This document shows, piece by piece, positions 1 through 10,666 of a stretch of DNA of 64,000 bases. The stretch's first letter is position 1; every line of letters begins with the position of its first letter. Both the position numbers and the translations under genes were made by a program. The notes below the pieces were generated by a model. The model had not been told where the DNA came from. It worked only from the letters and a program-made list of their open reading frames with translations, and ran no database searches. The DNA is from Akkermansia muciniphila (GTDB lineage Bacteria > Verrucomicrobiota > Verrucomicrobiia > Verrucomicrobiales > Akkermansiaceae), in contig CAMCYK010000002.1 in NCBI GenBank assembly GCA_945883695.1, positions 5,676-69,675 on the forward strand, given 5' to 3'.

Positions 1-120
1 GGCGGAGGCGATCTTCATGGATCGCCGAATCCCGCTCGAACGAATCGCCTCACCTTTCATTCAGAGAGCTCCGAATGATCGGAGCAGTCCGAGGGCCTTC
101 GGCTTTCATCCGGCGGGGGC

Positions 121-1704
121 TTAGAGGTGCCCCTCCTGCACCCCGGGTGCGATCATTTCGTTGGAGAGCTTGTTGTGGAATTCAAACAAGTCGGTGCGGC
201 GGTCGGTGACCGGGGTGACGCTGCCGTTCAAGCGCGAGCGGTAGAGGTCGGAGACGTCGAGGTCGGTGATCAGCATCGTCTCGACGTTCGGGTCGGCCTC
301 GGCCTGGATGCCGTCGCGGGCGAACTCGAAGTCGCTGGGCGAGAACACCGCGGCGCGGCCGTAGTGGATGTCCATCGCGGGGACGTCCGGCAAATTGCCG
401 ACGACGCCGGCGGTGGCGACGTAGATCTGGTTCTCGATCGCCCGCGCCGCGGCGCAAAGGCTGACCCGGAGGTAACCCTGGCGGTTGTCGGTGCAGTACG
501 GGATGAACAGGATTTCCACGCCGCGGTCGGCGAGGTAGCGGGCGGCTTCGGGGAACTCGACATCGTAGCAGATCAGCACGCCGATCTTCGCCTTGGGGGT
601 TTGCAGGACGATCAGCGAATCGCCGCCGGTGATCCCCCACCAGGTTTTTTCGGAGGGCGTGATGTGGAGCTTCGGCTGGGAGACATGGCTGCCGTCCGGC
701 TTGAAAATCATCGAGGTGTTCTCCAAACGGCCGTCGGGCTGGGTGACCGGATGGGAGCCGGCGATCAGATAGAGCCCTTGCTCGCGGGCGAGGCTGCTCA
801 TCAGCGCGATGAACTGCGGCGTGTATTCGGCCAGCTTGCGGATCCCTTCGCGCGAGCCGAGCGGCTCGAGGGCGCTGAGCAGCTGGACGCTGAGGAACTC
901 CGGGAACAGCACGAATTCCGCGCCGTAATCCTCGCCCGCGGTCTCGACGAAGTAGCGGATCTGTTTCGCGAACTCGTCGAAGCTCGTCACCTTGCGCATC
1001 TGGTACTGGACGCAGGCGACGCGGACCTTGCTGCCGTGTTCGTCGCGCGACTGGTATTCGGGGTTGATCCACTCGATCATCGCGGCGTGGTCGCGCGAGC
1101 GGTGGTCGTGCAGGTAGTTCGGCATGATGCCGCGGACCGCGAAGCCCTGCTTGAGCTGGAAGCCGAGCACCGGGTCGGTGATCTTGCCGTCCTGGACCTG
1201 CCAGACGTATTCCTCCGGCGTCAGGCGGGCGGCGTGGTCGTCGTAGTGCCAGAGCCGGGCGCCGGCGAGGATGCGGCGGAGATTCAAGCGGCGGCATAGC
1301 TCGCGGCGGGCGTCGTAGAGCGCGGCACCGATGCCGAGCTTGCGGGCGTCGGGATCGACGTAAACGTCCGCGCCGTAAAGCGTGTCGCCCTGCGGGTCGT
1401 GGTTGTAGAAGAATCCCGCGTCGGTGATGCCGTCGTAGGTGTGCTTGCGCAGCGGGTTGCGGCCCAGCGTGACGATCAGCGACGAGGCGACGCCGAGGAT
1501 CTTGCCGTCGCGCTCGGCGAGGAGCTGGCCTTCGGGAAAGACGTGGAGGTGGGAGCGCAGGTGCTTTTCGTTCCACGGCCCGCCGGCATCGCCCGGCTGG
1601 GGGAAGCAGCGGCGGTGAAGGGCGAGGATGGCGGGAATGTCGTCGACCGTCGGATTGCGGACGGTGACGGGGCCCGGTGTGGCGGCGAGGTCGGTGGGTG
1701 GCAC
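121..1704 (-). CDS. Bifunctional GNAT N-acetyltransferase / carbon-nitrogen (nitrilase-family) hydrolase
   Basis: N-terminal GNAT region (V-D-P-D-A-R-K-L-G-I-G acetyl-CoA motif); C-terminal CN-hydrolase with E-K-C triad motifs FPEF, QPKLH, ICYD. Start moved from ORF-track 1785 to GTG at 1704 (VPPTDL), inferred. Confidence 0.88.
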   Translation of the reverse strand: MPPTDLAATPGPVTVRNPTVDDIPAILALHRRCFPQPGDAGGPWNEKHLRSHLHVFPEGQLLAERDGKILGVASSLIVTLGRNPLRKHTYDGITDAGFFYNHDPQGDTLYGADVYVDPDARKLGIGAALYDARRELCRRLNLRRILAGARLWHYDDHAARLTPEEYVWQVQDGKITDPVLGFQLKQGFAVRGIMPNYLHDHRSRDHAAMIEWINPEYQSRDEHGSKVRVACVQYQMRKVTSFDEFAKQIRYFVETAGEDYGAEFVLFPEFLSVQLLSALEPLGSREGIRKLAEYTPQFIALMSSLAREQGLYLIAGSHPVTQPDGRLENTSMIFKPDGSHVSQPKLHITPSEKTWWGITGGDSLIVLQTPKAKIGVLICYDVEFPEAARYLADRGVEILFIPYCTDNRQGYLRVSLCAAARAIENQIYVATAGVVGNLPDVPAMDIHYGRAAVFSPSDFEFARDGIQAEADPNVETMLITDLDVSDLYRSRLNGSVTPVTDRRTDLFEFHNKLSNEMIAPGVQEGHL

Positions 1705-1711
1705 GGAGAGA

Positions 1712-1746
1712 AGAGAACCCAGAAACCAGAGGCCAGAAACCAGAAA
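1712..1746. repeat. 7-nt periodic tandem repeat (CCAGAAA-like)
   Basis: agagaac-ccagaaa-ccagagg-ccagaaa-ccagaaa, directly upstream of the GNAT-nitrilase start. Confidence 0.7.
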
Positions 1747-1775
1747 AATCCGGAGCTTCGATCTCCAGAACCTCA

Positions 1776-1817
1776 CGGCCGGCACGGGGGTAAACCCAAG
1801 AAACCCCGTGCCGGCCG
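1776..1817. promoter_or_regulatory. Perfect 14-bp inverted repeat (hairpin) in the antiporter/GNAT intergenic region
   Basis: cggccggcacgggg (1776-1789) pairs with ccccgtgccggccg (1804-1817); no clean U-tract on the minus strand, so function unclear. Confidence 0.5.
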
Positions 1818-1997
1818 CGTTTCAGATCGATCGCTACAAGCAGAAGGTAAAACCCAAGAAACCCAAAGCTCGCCACGACCTATGTCGAGTGGGATACAGC
1901 CGCCCGCGTGCCAAGTCGCCAGCGGAATTGAGGAAAAATCGTCACCATCGCCCGGCGCGAAGCCTCGACATGCACGCGGCGAATCGATCCGGCCGGC

Positions 1998-3737
1998 TTA
2001 CTTGCGGTCGACGATTGCCAGCACATCTTCGCGGGAAAGATCCGCCCGCTGGTAGGCTCCCATGGCGTTTTCGATCATTGCGATGGCGCTTTCCCGTTCG
2101 TCCTGGATCACCTGGACGTCGTGGGCCCGCAGCAGCTCGACCTCGGCTTGGAATTTCGCGCGGGCGAAGATCAGGATGCCCCGGTTTTTCTCACGGACCA
2201 AGGGGAGCGCGGCCAACGTCACCGCGACCGCGGGGAAGGTGAAGGCGATGAAGCGGGCGCGGTCGATCCCGGCCAGGTCGAGGGCTTCGGGATGGGCGGC
2301 GTCCGCGAAGAGGACCGGCTGCCCGCGGGATTTCAGCTCACGCACGGTTTCGGAATTCAACTCCAGCACCAGGGTGGGGACGTCGCATTTGAGGAGCGCC
2401 TCGTTGAGGGCCTGGCCGACCGGTCCGTAGCCGCAGATGATCGCGTGGTCGCGGATCTGGCGGACGGCCGCGGTCGGGGCGAGCTCGGCGGGGGCGCGTT
2501 TGGCCCCGGAGGACACTCCCTTGCTTTCGAGCCAGCGGCCGAAGGGACCGGCACCGCGCATCAGCGAAGGAACCAAGCCCATCGTGACGGCCGTGCAGGC
2601 CAGCAGGAGTTGCTCCACGGCGGGGTCGAAGGGCCGGAAGCCGCCGGCCTTCTTGAGCAGCACCAGCGAAAACTCCCCGGTGCTGGCAAGGCTGGCGGTG
2701 GCGAGCAGGGCCGGGCGGAGCGGAAGCTTGAGCAGCCGCGTCACGCCGAACACGATCGATCCCTTGACGGCCAGGATGACCACGGTGCCGATCAGCACGA
2801 AGAGCCATTCTTTGACCAGGGCGTCGAGATCGATCATCAGGCCGACCGAGACGAAAAAGATGGTGAGGAACAGGTCCTTGAACGGCAGGATGTCGGAGAG
2901 GATGCGGTGGGAATAGATCGACTCGCTGAGCACCAACCCGGCGGCGAAGGCGCCGAGCGCGAGGCTGAGGTCGAGGGCTTCGCCGGCGAGCGCCACCGCG
3001 GCGCAGGTCCCGATGATGGTCAACGTGAACAACTCCCGGCTGCCGCTGCGGGCGACGGCATGGAGCAGCGCGGTATTGCCATAGCGGCCGAGCAGAACGG
3101 CCGCGCCGAGGAACAGGGTCCCTTTGGTCAGGGCCCACGCGATTTGACCGACCGTGGAGCCCTCGTCCCGGCCGTAGATGGCGGGCAGCAGCAGGATGAA
3201 CAGGATGACGAGGATATCCTGGAACAGCGCGACGCCGAGGGCGACGCGTGCGCCGGGATTGTTCGGCTGTCCCAGTTCCTGGAAGGACTTCATCGCGACG
3301 GCGGTCGAGCTCAAGGCCACCGCGACCGAGAGGACGAGCGCATCCGACCAGGGAATGCCGCAAAGGCGGGCGAAGGCGGTGGCGATGCTGGCCGTCAGCG
3401 CGACCTGGACGCCGCCGCCGATCAGGGCAACCCGCCAGAGGTGGCGGAGTTCGCCGAGGGAGAACTCCAGGCCGAGCGTGAACATCAGCAGGATCACCCC
3501 CAGTTCGCCGAGGTTCCCGATCATCGGATCGTCCGGCGGGACGCCGACCAGCACCAGCACGCCGCTGTTGGCGATCAGGACACCGCAGAGGAAATAGCCG
3601 ACCAGAAGGCTCTGGCGGAGCTTCACCAGGACCAGCGAGACGAACACCGCGAGCACCAGGACCAGCGCCAGCATCCCGAAGAACGGGGTCACGCTGGAGG
3701 CTCCGGCGGCGAGGGGTATGACATCGGTCCAAGACAT
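1998..3737 (-). CDS. CPA2-family cation:proton antiporter (Kef-type) with C-terminal TrkA-N domain
   Basis: Many hydrophobic TM segments, ELGVILLMFTLGLEFS and LSSTAV motifs, C-terminal IICGYGPVG Rossmann motif. Confidence 0.92.
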   Translation of the reverse strand: MSWTDVIPLAAGASSVTPFFGMLALVLVLAVFVSLVLVKLRQSLLVGYFLCGVLIANSGVLVLVGVPPDDPMIGNLGELGVILLMFTLGLEFSLGELRHLWRVALIGGGVQVALTASIATAFARLCGIPWSDALVLSVAVALSSTAVAMKSFQELGQPNNPGARVALGVALFQDILVILFILLLPAIYGRDEGSTVGQIAWALTKGTLFLGAAVLLGRYGNTALLHAVARSGSRELFTLTIIGTCAAVALAGEALDLSLALGAFAAGLVLSESIYSHRILSDILPFKDLFLTIFFVSVGLMIDLDALVKEWLFVLIGTVVILAVKGSIVFGVTRLLKLPLRPALLATASLASTGEFSLVLLKKAGGFRPFDPAVEQLLLACTAVTMGLVPSLMRGAGPFGRWLESKGVSSGAKRAPAELAPTAAVRQIRDHAIICGYGPVGQALNEALLKCDVPTLVLELNSETVRELKSRGQPVLFADAAHPEALDLAGIDRARFIAFTFPAVAVTLAALPLVREKNRGILIFARAKFQAEVELLRAHDVQVIQDERESAIAMIENAMGAYQRADLSREDVLAIVDRK

Positions 3738-3889
3738 GGCGTTCGGATCGAAGCATCAACGATGCCGCGGGAACAGGGAAGCCATTCGCGAAAGAAGTTC
3801 GGGGTGGGTCCGCTTCCCTTCACCGCGACCGACCGGGTCGCGCGGCGCTTTCTGGCGTGTGCCGCGCGAGGTTCGCCCGGCCTTGAAGG

Positions 3890-5305
3890 CTACGCCACGA
3901 TATCGCGCACCACCTTGCCGTGGACGTCGGTCAGGCGGAAGTCGCGGCCGGAGTAGCGGTAGGTGAGCTGCTCGTGGTCGAAGCCGAGCAGGTGAAGCAT
4001 CGTCGCGTGGAGATCGTGGACGTGGACCGGCTTGTCGACCGCCTTGTAGCCAAACTCGTCGGTCGCGCCGTGGACGTGGCCGCCCTTCACCCCGCCGCCG
4101 GCCATCCAGACGGTGAAGCCGTAGTGGTTGTGGTCGCGGCCCTTCATCACGCCCTGGTTGGAGCCGGCCTGCGGCAGCTCGACCGCCGGCGTGCGGCCGA
4201 ATTCGCCGCCCCACAGGACCAGCGTCTCGTCGAGCAGGCCGCGCTGCTTGAGATCGGCCAGCAAGGCCCCGATGCCCTGATCGCATTCCTTGGCGAGCCG
4301 CCGGTGGTCCTCGATGTTGTCGTGGCTGTCCCACGGCTGGCCGTTGCCGTGCCACAGCTGGATGTAGCGGACGCCGCGCTCTAACAGACGCCGCGCCATC
4401 AGGCACTGGCGGGAGAAAGCGCCGGGGCCGTAGAGGTCGCGGACGTGCTGCGGCTCCTTCTTCACGTCGAAGGCATCGGTCGCCTCGCTCTGCATCCGGT
4501 AGGCCAGCTCGAAGCTGCGGATCCGCGCCTCGAGCTGCGGGTCGTGGCCGCGCGACGCGCGATGCCGGTCGTTGACCTGCCGCAAAAATTCAAGCTGGCG
4601 CGCCTGGCGGGAATCGCGCGCGCCCGGATTGCGCAGGTTCTCGATCATCCGGTCGACGTCCTCGATCGAGCTGTCGAGGTAGGTGCCCTGGAAGTTGCCG
4701 GGCAGGAACGACGAGCGCCAGTTCTCGGCGCGCTTGATCGGCATCCCGCCGGGGCACAGCGAGACATAGGCCGGCAGGTTCTCGTTCTCGCTGCCGAGAC
4801 CGTAGCTGATCCAGGAACCCATCGAAGGCCGCGACAAGCGGCCGTCGCCGCAGTTCATCAGCATCAGCGAAGGCTCGTGGTTCGGCACGTCGGCGTGCAT
4901 CGAGCGGATCACGCAGAGGTCGTCGGCGTGTTGTGCGGTGTGGTGGAACAGCTCGCTGACCTCGAGGCCGCTCTGGCCGTAGCGCTGGAAGGTGAACGGC
5001 GTCCGCAGCGCGGCGCCGGTCGGGCGCTCGGTCTTGAGGCCGTCGAGCGGCATCGACTTGCCGTGGAACTCCTGCAGCTTCGGCTTGGGATCGAAGGTGT
5101 CGACCTGCGAGGGCCCGCCGTTCATGAACAGGTGCACCACCCGCTTGGCTTTCGGCGCGAAGTGCGGCTGCGAGGAGGTCGACCCCGACGCCTTGCCGGC
5201 CAGCAGGCCGCCGAGCGCCAGGCCGCCGAAGCCCATCCCGCAGCGCTCCAGGAAGTCGCGGCGGTCGAGGACGATGTCGTTGGCGGTGAGTCGGTGGTGG
5301 GACAT
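3890..5305 (-). CDS. DUF1501 domain protein (PVC-typical)
   Basis: RRDFL Tat-like N-terminus, HLFMNGGPSQVDTFDPKP, WGGEFGRTP, GRDHNHYGF, C-terminal RDFRLTDVHG. Start set to MSHH at 5305. Confidence 0.9.
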   Translation of the reverse strand: MSHHRLTANDIVLDRRDFLERCGMGFGGLALGGLLAGKASGSTSSQPHFAPKAKRVVHLFMNGGPSQVDTFDPKPKLQEFHGKSMPLDGLKTERPTGAALRTPFTFQRYGQSGLEVSELFHHTAQHADDLCVIRSMHADVPNHEPSLMLMNCGDGRLSRPSMGSWISYGLGSENENLPAYVSLCPGGMPIKRAENWRSSFLPGNFQGTYLDSSIEDVDRMIENLRNPGARDSRQARQLEFLRQVNDRHRASRGHDPQLEARIRSFELAYRMQSEATDAFDVKKEPQHVRDLYGPGAFSRQCLMARRLLERGVRYIQLWHGNGQPWDSHDNIEDHRRLAKECDQGIGALLADLKQRGLLDETLVLWGGEFGRTPAVELPQAGSNQGVMKGRDHNHYGFTVWMAGGGVKGGHVHGATDEFGYKAVDKPVHVHDLHATMLHLLGFDHEQLTYRYSGRDFRLTDVHGKVVRDIVA

Positions 5306-5310
5306 GGCAA

Positions 5311-8067
5311 TCAATCGACGAAGTGGAACTCGTTGGACGCCCAGAGCATCTGGATCAGGTCGGCCCAGGGATCCCCCGACGCCGCGGCGGGCACCGGCTC
5401 GCTGGAGGTCGGGAATTGGCGGGTGAAGTCACCCACCTCGGCCACTGGCTTGGATTCATTCTCGCGGCCTTCGATCCGGAGGGTCCAGGCGACATTGCCG
5501 CAGGAGTCGCCCTCCGGGGCGCGAAGTACGAAATCCATCGTATCTCCCGGCACCACGTCGATCCACGTTCCCCCGATATCGACCGCGGCTTCCGGGGAAA
5601 GCGGCGCTTCCGCGAGTGGCACGCCCTTGCCGTCGATCCGCCACGCCAGGGTGGCACCGCCTTGCTGGGTCCGCGTCAGGCGGCCGCTCATCCGGACCTG
5701 CCCGGCCCCACTGGCGCGCCAGCGCAGCACCATCGTGTGGCTCGCCGAGGCATGGCCGCCGCCGGCTCCGACGTTCAGCCAACGGATCGGCGAGGTGGCC
5801 GGGTCGGGCGTGATCTTCCAGACGTTGTCGGCAAAGATCGGAAAGGGGCTCAGGGCGGCGGACGGCTTGCCTTCATCCGGTCCGTGCAGGACCTCCCAGT
5901 GGCCGCCGAGCGACGGCGCGTAGTCGGCCGGGGTCGCGCTGCCGATCCAAGCGAGCGCGGCCTGCCGCTCCTCGTCCGATGCCGCGCGGCGGAACAGCCG
6001 CTGGTGGATCCAATCGATCCGCGCGCGGTCGTCCGGCAGGCCCGTGAACGCCGGATCCCCGGCCAGCCGCGCCGCCTGGCGCAGGACCAGCGGGCCGTTG
6101 AGAAAATACAAGGCCTGCTGGGGCACCGTGGTCTCGACCCGCTTCGCGCTGTGGTGGTCGGGGTGCGGCAAGTCGAACGAGACGAAGGTCCCGGGCAAGG
6201 CGTAGCGGTCGACGAAGGCATAGACGCTGCGGCGGGCATCCGAGCCGGGCTCTTCCAGCCGGACCGAACGGCCGCCGGTGCCGCGGGTGTCGAGCGCCCC
6301 GCCGCCGGCCAGCACGCGGTCGCGCATCGTTTCGAAGTCGAGCCGGCGGCGGTTCCATTTCCAGAACATCGTGTTGGCCTGGTCGAGCGCGTCGTTCTCT
6401 TCCGCGCCTTCCGCCGCGAGCCGGAAGGCCTTGGATGACAGCAGCAGGCGGTGCAGTTCCTTGAGCGAGCCGCCCTTTTCCTGGAAGGCCACCGCCAGGG
6501 TATCGAGCAGCGGCAGCAAGGCCGGCCGCGCGGTCTGCGGGCCGAAGTCACCGGGATCCGCCAGCGGGGCGCCGAAATGCCAGGCCCACACCCGGTTGAC
6601 GATGACCCGCGCGGTCAGCGGGTTCGCGGGATCGGCGATCTTTTCCGCCAGCGACCGCCGCGGGCTCTTGCCGTCCTCGAACTTGCCGCCGCCGAGGAAC
6701 GACAGCCACTCGCGGTCAAAAACTTCGCCGCGGGCCGCCGGGTTGCCGCGTTCGAACACGACCGCCTGGCCCCACTGGGCCTTGTCGCCGAGGCTCATCG
6801 CCCGCGGCGGCGAGCCGGGATGCTCGGCCATCAGCTTGCTCATGGCGCTCAGCCGCTGGCGGTTCTGGTTGCCGTCCTCGACGTCCATGAACTCGTGGAC
6901 CCGGTCCACGCCGTAGTTCAGCGGACAGCCGCCTTTCGCGGAAAGCTGTGCCAATTCGCTGCCCTCCGCCGCCGCGGTCCATTCGTCGGCCAGCGCGGCG
7001 CACAGGGCCGTCCGCACAGGGCCGTCCGCGGCCGCATCCATCTCGGCGAACCAGCGCTTCACCCGCTCGCTGCCGGCGTGTTCATTGAGGAAATCCTTCC
7101 ACCGCATCAGGGCGTTCGGCCGCAGCCGGCCGCGCTTGAAACCCTCGCTGGTCGCCTTGCCGTGGTTCCACTCCTCCTTGCGCGCCCGCCAGGCGAGTTC
7201 CAGGTAGTTCGGAAACGCCTCCTTCGAGCGGACGTGATCGACCAATTGCTGGCGCGCCGCGCGGTCGATTTCCTCCAGCTTCGCGACCTCCGCCTGATAG
7301 GCTTGGAACGCCGCCTCGTCCGCCGGCTTGCCGATCACCGGCCTGTCCTCCGGCTCCACCGTGTGATCGAAGATCGAGTAAAGGGAGTAATAATCCTTGG
7401 TCGTGATCGGGTCCGTCTTGTGATCGTGGCAGCGCGCGCAGGACACCGTGCTCGACAGGAAGCCGCGGGTCACCACGTCGACCCGGTCGTCGATCGTTTC
7501 CACCGCTCCGCCGCGCAGACCGACCGTCAGGAACCCGAGCGCTGCGAGGTCCGGATGGTCCGGCCGGTCGACCAGCTGGTCGGCGGCGACTTGCAGCTTC
7601 ACGAAGCGTTCGTACGGCAAATCCGCGTTGAAGGCGTGGATCAGCCAGTCGCGGTAGGTGTAGGCGAAGGGATAGCGGTTATCCTGGTCGAAATGGTAGC
7701 CGCGGGTGTCGGCGTAGCGGGCGACGTCCATCCAGTGCCGCGCCCAGCGCTCGCCATAGGCCGGGCTGGCCAGCAGCTCGTCGACCAGTGCTTTCCAGGT
7801 CGCCTCGTCGGGAGTCGCCTCGATCCGCCGGAGTTGTTCGTCCGACGGCGGCAGGCCGGTCAGCGTGAACGCCGCGCGTTCGAGCCACTGGCGCGGCGCG
7901 GACGGGCCCGCCGGCACGAGCTTCAGCGGTTTCCATGCCGACTCCAGCAAGGCGTCCACCGGATGCCCGCTCGTTTCGGCTTTCGCCGGCGGCACGTAGG
8001 CCCAGTGCTTCTCCTCCGCGTTGGCGCAGGAAAGCAGGGCGAGCAGAAGAACAAAAGCGCGCGTCAA
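5311..8067 (-). CDS. PSD1-type DUF1549/DUF1553 domain protein
   Basis: HWAY, YGERWARHWMDVARYADT, CARCHDHK, NPLTARVIVNRVWAWHFG, TTVPQQALYFLN, WASNEF; precedes DUF1501 as is typical. Confidence 0.9.
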   Translation of the reverse strand: MTRAFVLLLALLSCANAEEKHWAYVPPAKAETSGHPVDALLESAWKPLKLVPAGPSAPRQWLERAAFTLTGLPPSDEQLRRIEATPDEATWKALVDELLASPAYGERWARHWMDVARYADTRGYHFDQDNRYPFAYTYRDWLIHAFNADLPYERFVKLQVAADQLVDRPDHPDLAALGFLTVGLRGGAVETIDDRVDVVTRGFLSSTVSCARCHDHKTDPITTKDYYSLYSIFDHTVEPEDRPVIGKPADEAAFQAYQAEVAKLEEIDRAARQQLVDHVRSKEAFPNYLELAWRARKEEWNHGKATSEGFKRGRLRPNALMRWKDFLNEHAGSERVKRWFAEMDAAADGPVRTALCAALADEWTAAAEGSELAQLSAKGGCPLNYGVDRVHEFMDVEDGNQNRQRLSAMSKLMAEHPGSPPRAMSLGDKAQWGQAVVFERGNPAARGEVFDREWLSFLGGGKFEDGKSPRRSLAEKIADPANPLTARVIVNRVWAWHFGAPLADPGDFGPQTARPALLPLLDTLAVAFQEKGGSLKELHRLLLSSKAFRLAAEGAEENDALDQANTMFWKWNRRRLDFETMRDRVLAGGGALDTRGTGGRSVRLEEPGSDARRSVYAFVDRYALPGTFVSFDLPHPDHHSAKRVETTVPQQALYFLNGPLVLRQAARLAGDPAFTGLPDDRARIDWIHQRLFRRAASDEERQAALAWIGSATPADYAPSLGGHWEVLHGPDEGKPSAALSPFPIFADNVWKITPDPATSPIRWLNVGAGGGHASASHTMVLRWRASGAGQVRMSGRLTRTQQGGATLAWRIDGKGVPLAEAPLSPEAAVDIGGTWIDVVPGDTMDFVLRAPEGDSCGNVAWTLRIEGRENESKPVAEVGDFTRQFPTSSEPVPAAASGDPWADLIQMLWASNEFHFVD

Positions 8068-8281
8068 AACTAGAGGCGGGACGGGTGGCCCCGGCGGATT
8101 CTTTCACCGGTGGCCAAGATCGCCAGTGCCAAATTTTTCCCGTCGACTGTCGTCAAACCGCTCCCGCCCGCGATTCCCTTGGATCCCCCGCCCTTCCGCC
8201 ATGCCGCCCCGGACAAGGCGCGGCAGCCCCAAGCAGGAGGACCAACTCGCCACGCCGCTGGGGCCCGGAATGATGTCGCCC

Positions 8282-8527
8282 TCAGGAAGTCGCCTTCGCG
8301 AAATAAGCGACCATCGCTTCCAGGGTGCCGAGCTTGGCATAGTCGGCCTCCGGCACCTCGATCCCGGTCGCTTCGCCGAGCGCGATGAGGAAGCGCAGGA
8401 AGTCGAACGAATCGAGGTCGAGCGCCGTCCGCAGGTTCGCCTTCGGATCGAGCCCGGCGAGGTCGGCTTCCGGCGCGAGGTTGGCGAGGCCGTCGAGGAT
8501 CGCGTCTTTGATTTCGGAGTCGGTCAT
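8282..8527 (-). CDS. Acyl carrier protein
   Basis: 81 aa acidic protein MTDSEIK...LDLDSFDFL with the phosphopantetheine serine motif; ATG overlaps the E2 stop. Confidence 0.85.
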   Translation of the reverse strand: MTDSEIKDAILDGLANLAPEADLAGLDPKANLRTALDLDSFDFLRFLIALGEATGIEVPEADYAKLGTLEAMVAYFAKATS

Positions 8528-9684
8528 GGGTTCTGCAGCTGCTGGTTGAGGGCATCGAGGAAGCGCGCGCCGCTGCGGCCGTCGGTCGCGCGGTGGTCGC
8601 CGGCGAGCGTCGCGCGGATCACCCGCCGCACGCCGAGCATCCCGTTCTCCGCCCACGGCTGTTCGGCGATCCGGCCGAAGCCGACGATCGCGACCTGCGG
8701 CGGATAGATCACGCCCCACACCCGGTCGACGGGGGACTCGCCGAGATGGGTCACGGTGATCGTGCCCTCGGCGAGCTCCGAACTGCGGAGGCGGCCGGCG
8801 CGGGCGCGCGGGATCAGGTCGTTCAAGGCGGCCATGATCTCGTCGTGGGATTTCCGGTCGACGTCGTGGATCGCCGGGGTGATCAGCCCGCCCTGGCGCA
8901 GCGCGATCGCGAAGTTGATGTGGATGCGTTCCGAGCGCAGCAGCCGCTCGTCGCGCCAGACGCCGTTGAGGTCGGGCTGCTCCTTCAACGCGCCGGCCAC
9001 CGCTTTCAAGAGCAGCACCGCGGGCAACAGCCGCTCCTTGATCGGGCGGCGCGCGTTCTCCCGCTCCAGCCAGTCGAGGGCGCGGGTCATGTCGATCGTG
9101 GTATCGAGATAGTAGTGCGGGATCTCGCGGTTCGACTTCGCCATCGCCGCCGCGATCGCGCGGCGCAGCGGGGAGGAGTCGGCGGTGGGTTCCGCGGGCA
9201 AGGCCGGCTGCGACCCGCGGGCGGCGGCGGCCCGCTCGACATCCGCCCGTTCGATCGCACCGCCCGGCCCGCTGCCTTCCACCATGGAAAGATCGACACC
9301 GAGTTCCGCGGCGACTTTCCGCGCGAGTGGTGACACCCGGTGCGGCCGCTCCGCGGGATGGGCCACGGTTACCGGAGGCGCGGCAGCCTGAGCCGCGATC
9401 ACCGGTGCCGCGGCCGCGGCGGGAAGCGGCGCTGTCGCCGGCTCGCCCCCCGCCCCGCGGATCCGCGCCAGCACCGCGCCGACCGGCAGCTTCTCGCCGA
9501 TCTTCGCGACCAGTTCCTCGACCGTGCCGTCTTCGAAAATCTCGATCTCGATCAGCCCCTTGTCGGTCTCGACCTCGGCCACCACGTCGCCGCGCTTCAC
9601 CACGTCGCCGGGTTTCACCATCCAGCTCATCATCGTCGCGGCGGCCATGTCGGCGCCGAGGCTGGGCATCGTGAAATCACTCAT
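8524..9684 (-). CDS. pdhC: 2-oxo acid dehydrogenase E2 (dihydrolipoamide acyltransferase)
   Basis: Lipoyl domain ETDKG, E3-binding motif [21 protein letters not shown], catalytic DHRATDG. Confidence 0.9.
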   Translation of the reverse strand: MSDFTMPSLGADMAAATMMSWMVKPGDVVKRGDVVAEVETDKGLIEIEIFEDGTVEELVAKIGEKLPVGAVLARIRGAGGEPATAPLPAAAAAPVIAAQAAAPPVTVAHPAERPHRVSPLARKVAAELGVDLSMVEGSGPGGAIERADVERAAAARGSQPALPAEPTADSSPLRRAIAAAMAKSNREIPHYYLDTTIDMTRALDWLERENARRPIKERLLPAVLLLKAVAGALKEQPDLNGVWRDERLLRSERIHINFAIALRQGGLITPAIHDVDRKSHDEIMAALNDLIPRARAGRLRSSELAEGTITVTHLGESPVDRVWGVIYPPQVAIVGFGRIAEQPWAENGMLGVRRVIRATLAGDHRATDGRSGARFLDALNQQLQNP

Positions 9685-10666
9685 GGCCGTGGATCAGTTC
9701 GCGGGCCGCGGCCAGGATCGTCTCCACCTGGGGCAGCGCCGCGTGTTCGAGTTGCGGGGCGTAGGGGATCGGCACCTCGGCGCTGCACAGCCGGGCCACC
9801 GGGCGGTCGAGTTGATAGAAGGCCTGCTCCATGATCCGCATCCCGAGTTCCGCCGAGATGCCGCCGCTGCGCCAGCCTTCGTCGACAATCAGCACGCGGT
9901 GGGTGCGGCCGACCGACTCCAGGATCGTCGCGTCGTCGAGCGGCCGCAGCACGCGCAGGTCGATCACCTCGACCTCGATTCCCTCGCCGGCCAAGGTCGC
10001 CGCGGCGGCGAGCGATTTCCACAGGCTCGCGCCGTAAGTCAGGATCGTCAGGTCGCGGCCGCCGCGCAGGATCTTCGCGCCGGTGATCGCCACCGGCCCG
10101 GCCTCGTCGGCGAGCTCGCCCTCCATGTTATAGAGCGTCTGGTTTTCGAAAATCAGCACCGGGTCCGGGCACGCCAGCGCCGTCGCCATCATCCCGCGCG
10201 CGTCTTCCAAGGTCGCCGGCACCAGCACCAGGATCCCCGGGATGTGGGCATACCAGCCTTCCAGGCTGTGCGAATGCTGGGCCGCCAGCTGCTTGCCGCC
10301 GCCGGTCGCCATCCGGATCACCAGCGGGACATTGAACTGCCCGCCCGACATGTGCAGCAAGGTGGCGGCGGTGTTCATGATCTGGTCGAGCGCCAGCAGG
10401 CTGAAATTGCAGGTCATCACCTCGACGATCGGCCGCATCCCGCCGAGCGCCGCGCCGATCCCCGCGCCGACGAAGGCGGACTCGGACAACGGCGTGTCGC
10501 GCACCCGTTCGGGGCCGAACTCCTCCAGCATCCCGCGGCTCACCGCGAAGCAGCCGCCGTAGTCGCCGACGTCCTCGCCCATCAGGAAGACCCGCGGGTC
10601 GCGCCGCATCGCCTCGCTCATCGCTTCGCGCAGGGCCTCGCGGTAAGTGGTTTTTCGCGTGCTCAT
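9677..10666 (-). CDS. pdhB: Pyruvate dehydrogenase-type E1 beta subunit
   Basis: [22 protein letters not shown] motifs; start at MSTRK (10666) overlaps the E1 alpha stop. Confidence 0.9.
   Translation of the reverse strand: MSTRKTTYREALREAMSEAMRRDPRVFLMGEDVGDYGGCFAVSRGMLEEFGPERVRDTPLSESAFVGAGIGAALGGMRPIVEVMTCNFSLLALDQIMNTAATLLHMSGGQFNVPLVIRMATGGGKQLAAQHSHSLEGWYAHIPGILVLVPATLEDARGMMATALACPDPVLIFENQTLYNMEGELADEAGPVAITGAKILRGGRDLTILTYGASLWKSLAAAATLAGEGIEVEVIDLRVLRPLDDATILESVGRTHRVLIVDEGWRSGGISAELGMRIMEQAFYQLDRPVARLCSAEVPIPYAPQLEHAALPQVETILAAARELIHGHE

Noticed and set aside
3890-8067. PSD1 + DUF1501 pair as a novel system
   Set aside because: Very common, highly paralogous PVC gene pair with nothing unusual here.
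8110-8132. Sigma54 promoter upstream of the PSD1 gene (TGGCAC on minus strand)
   Set aside because: No GC at the -12 position (GG-N10-CT).
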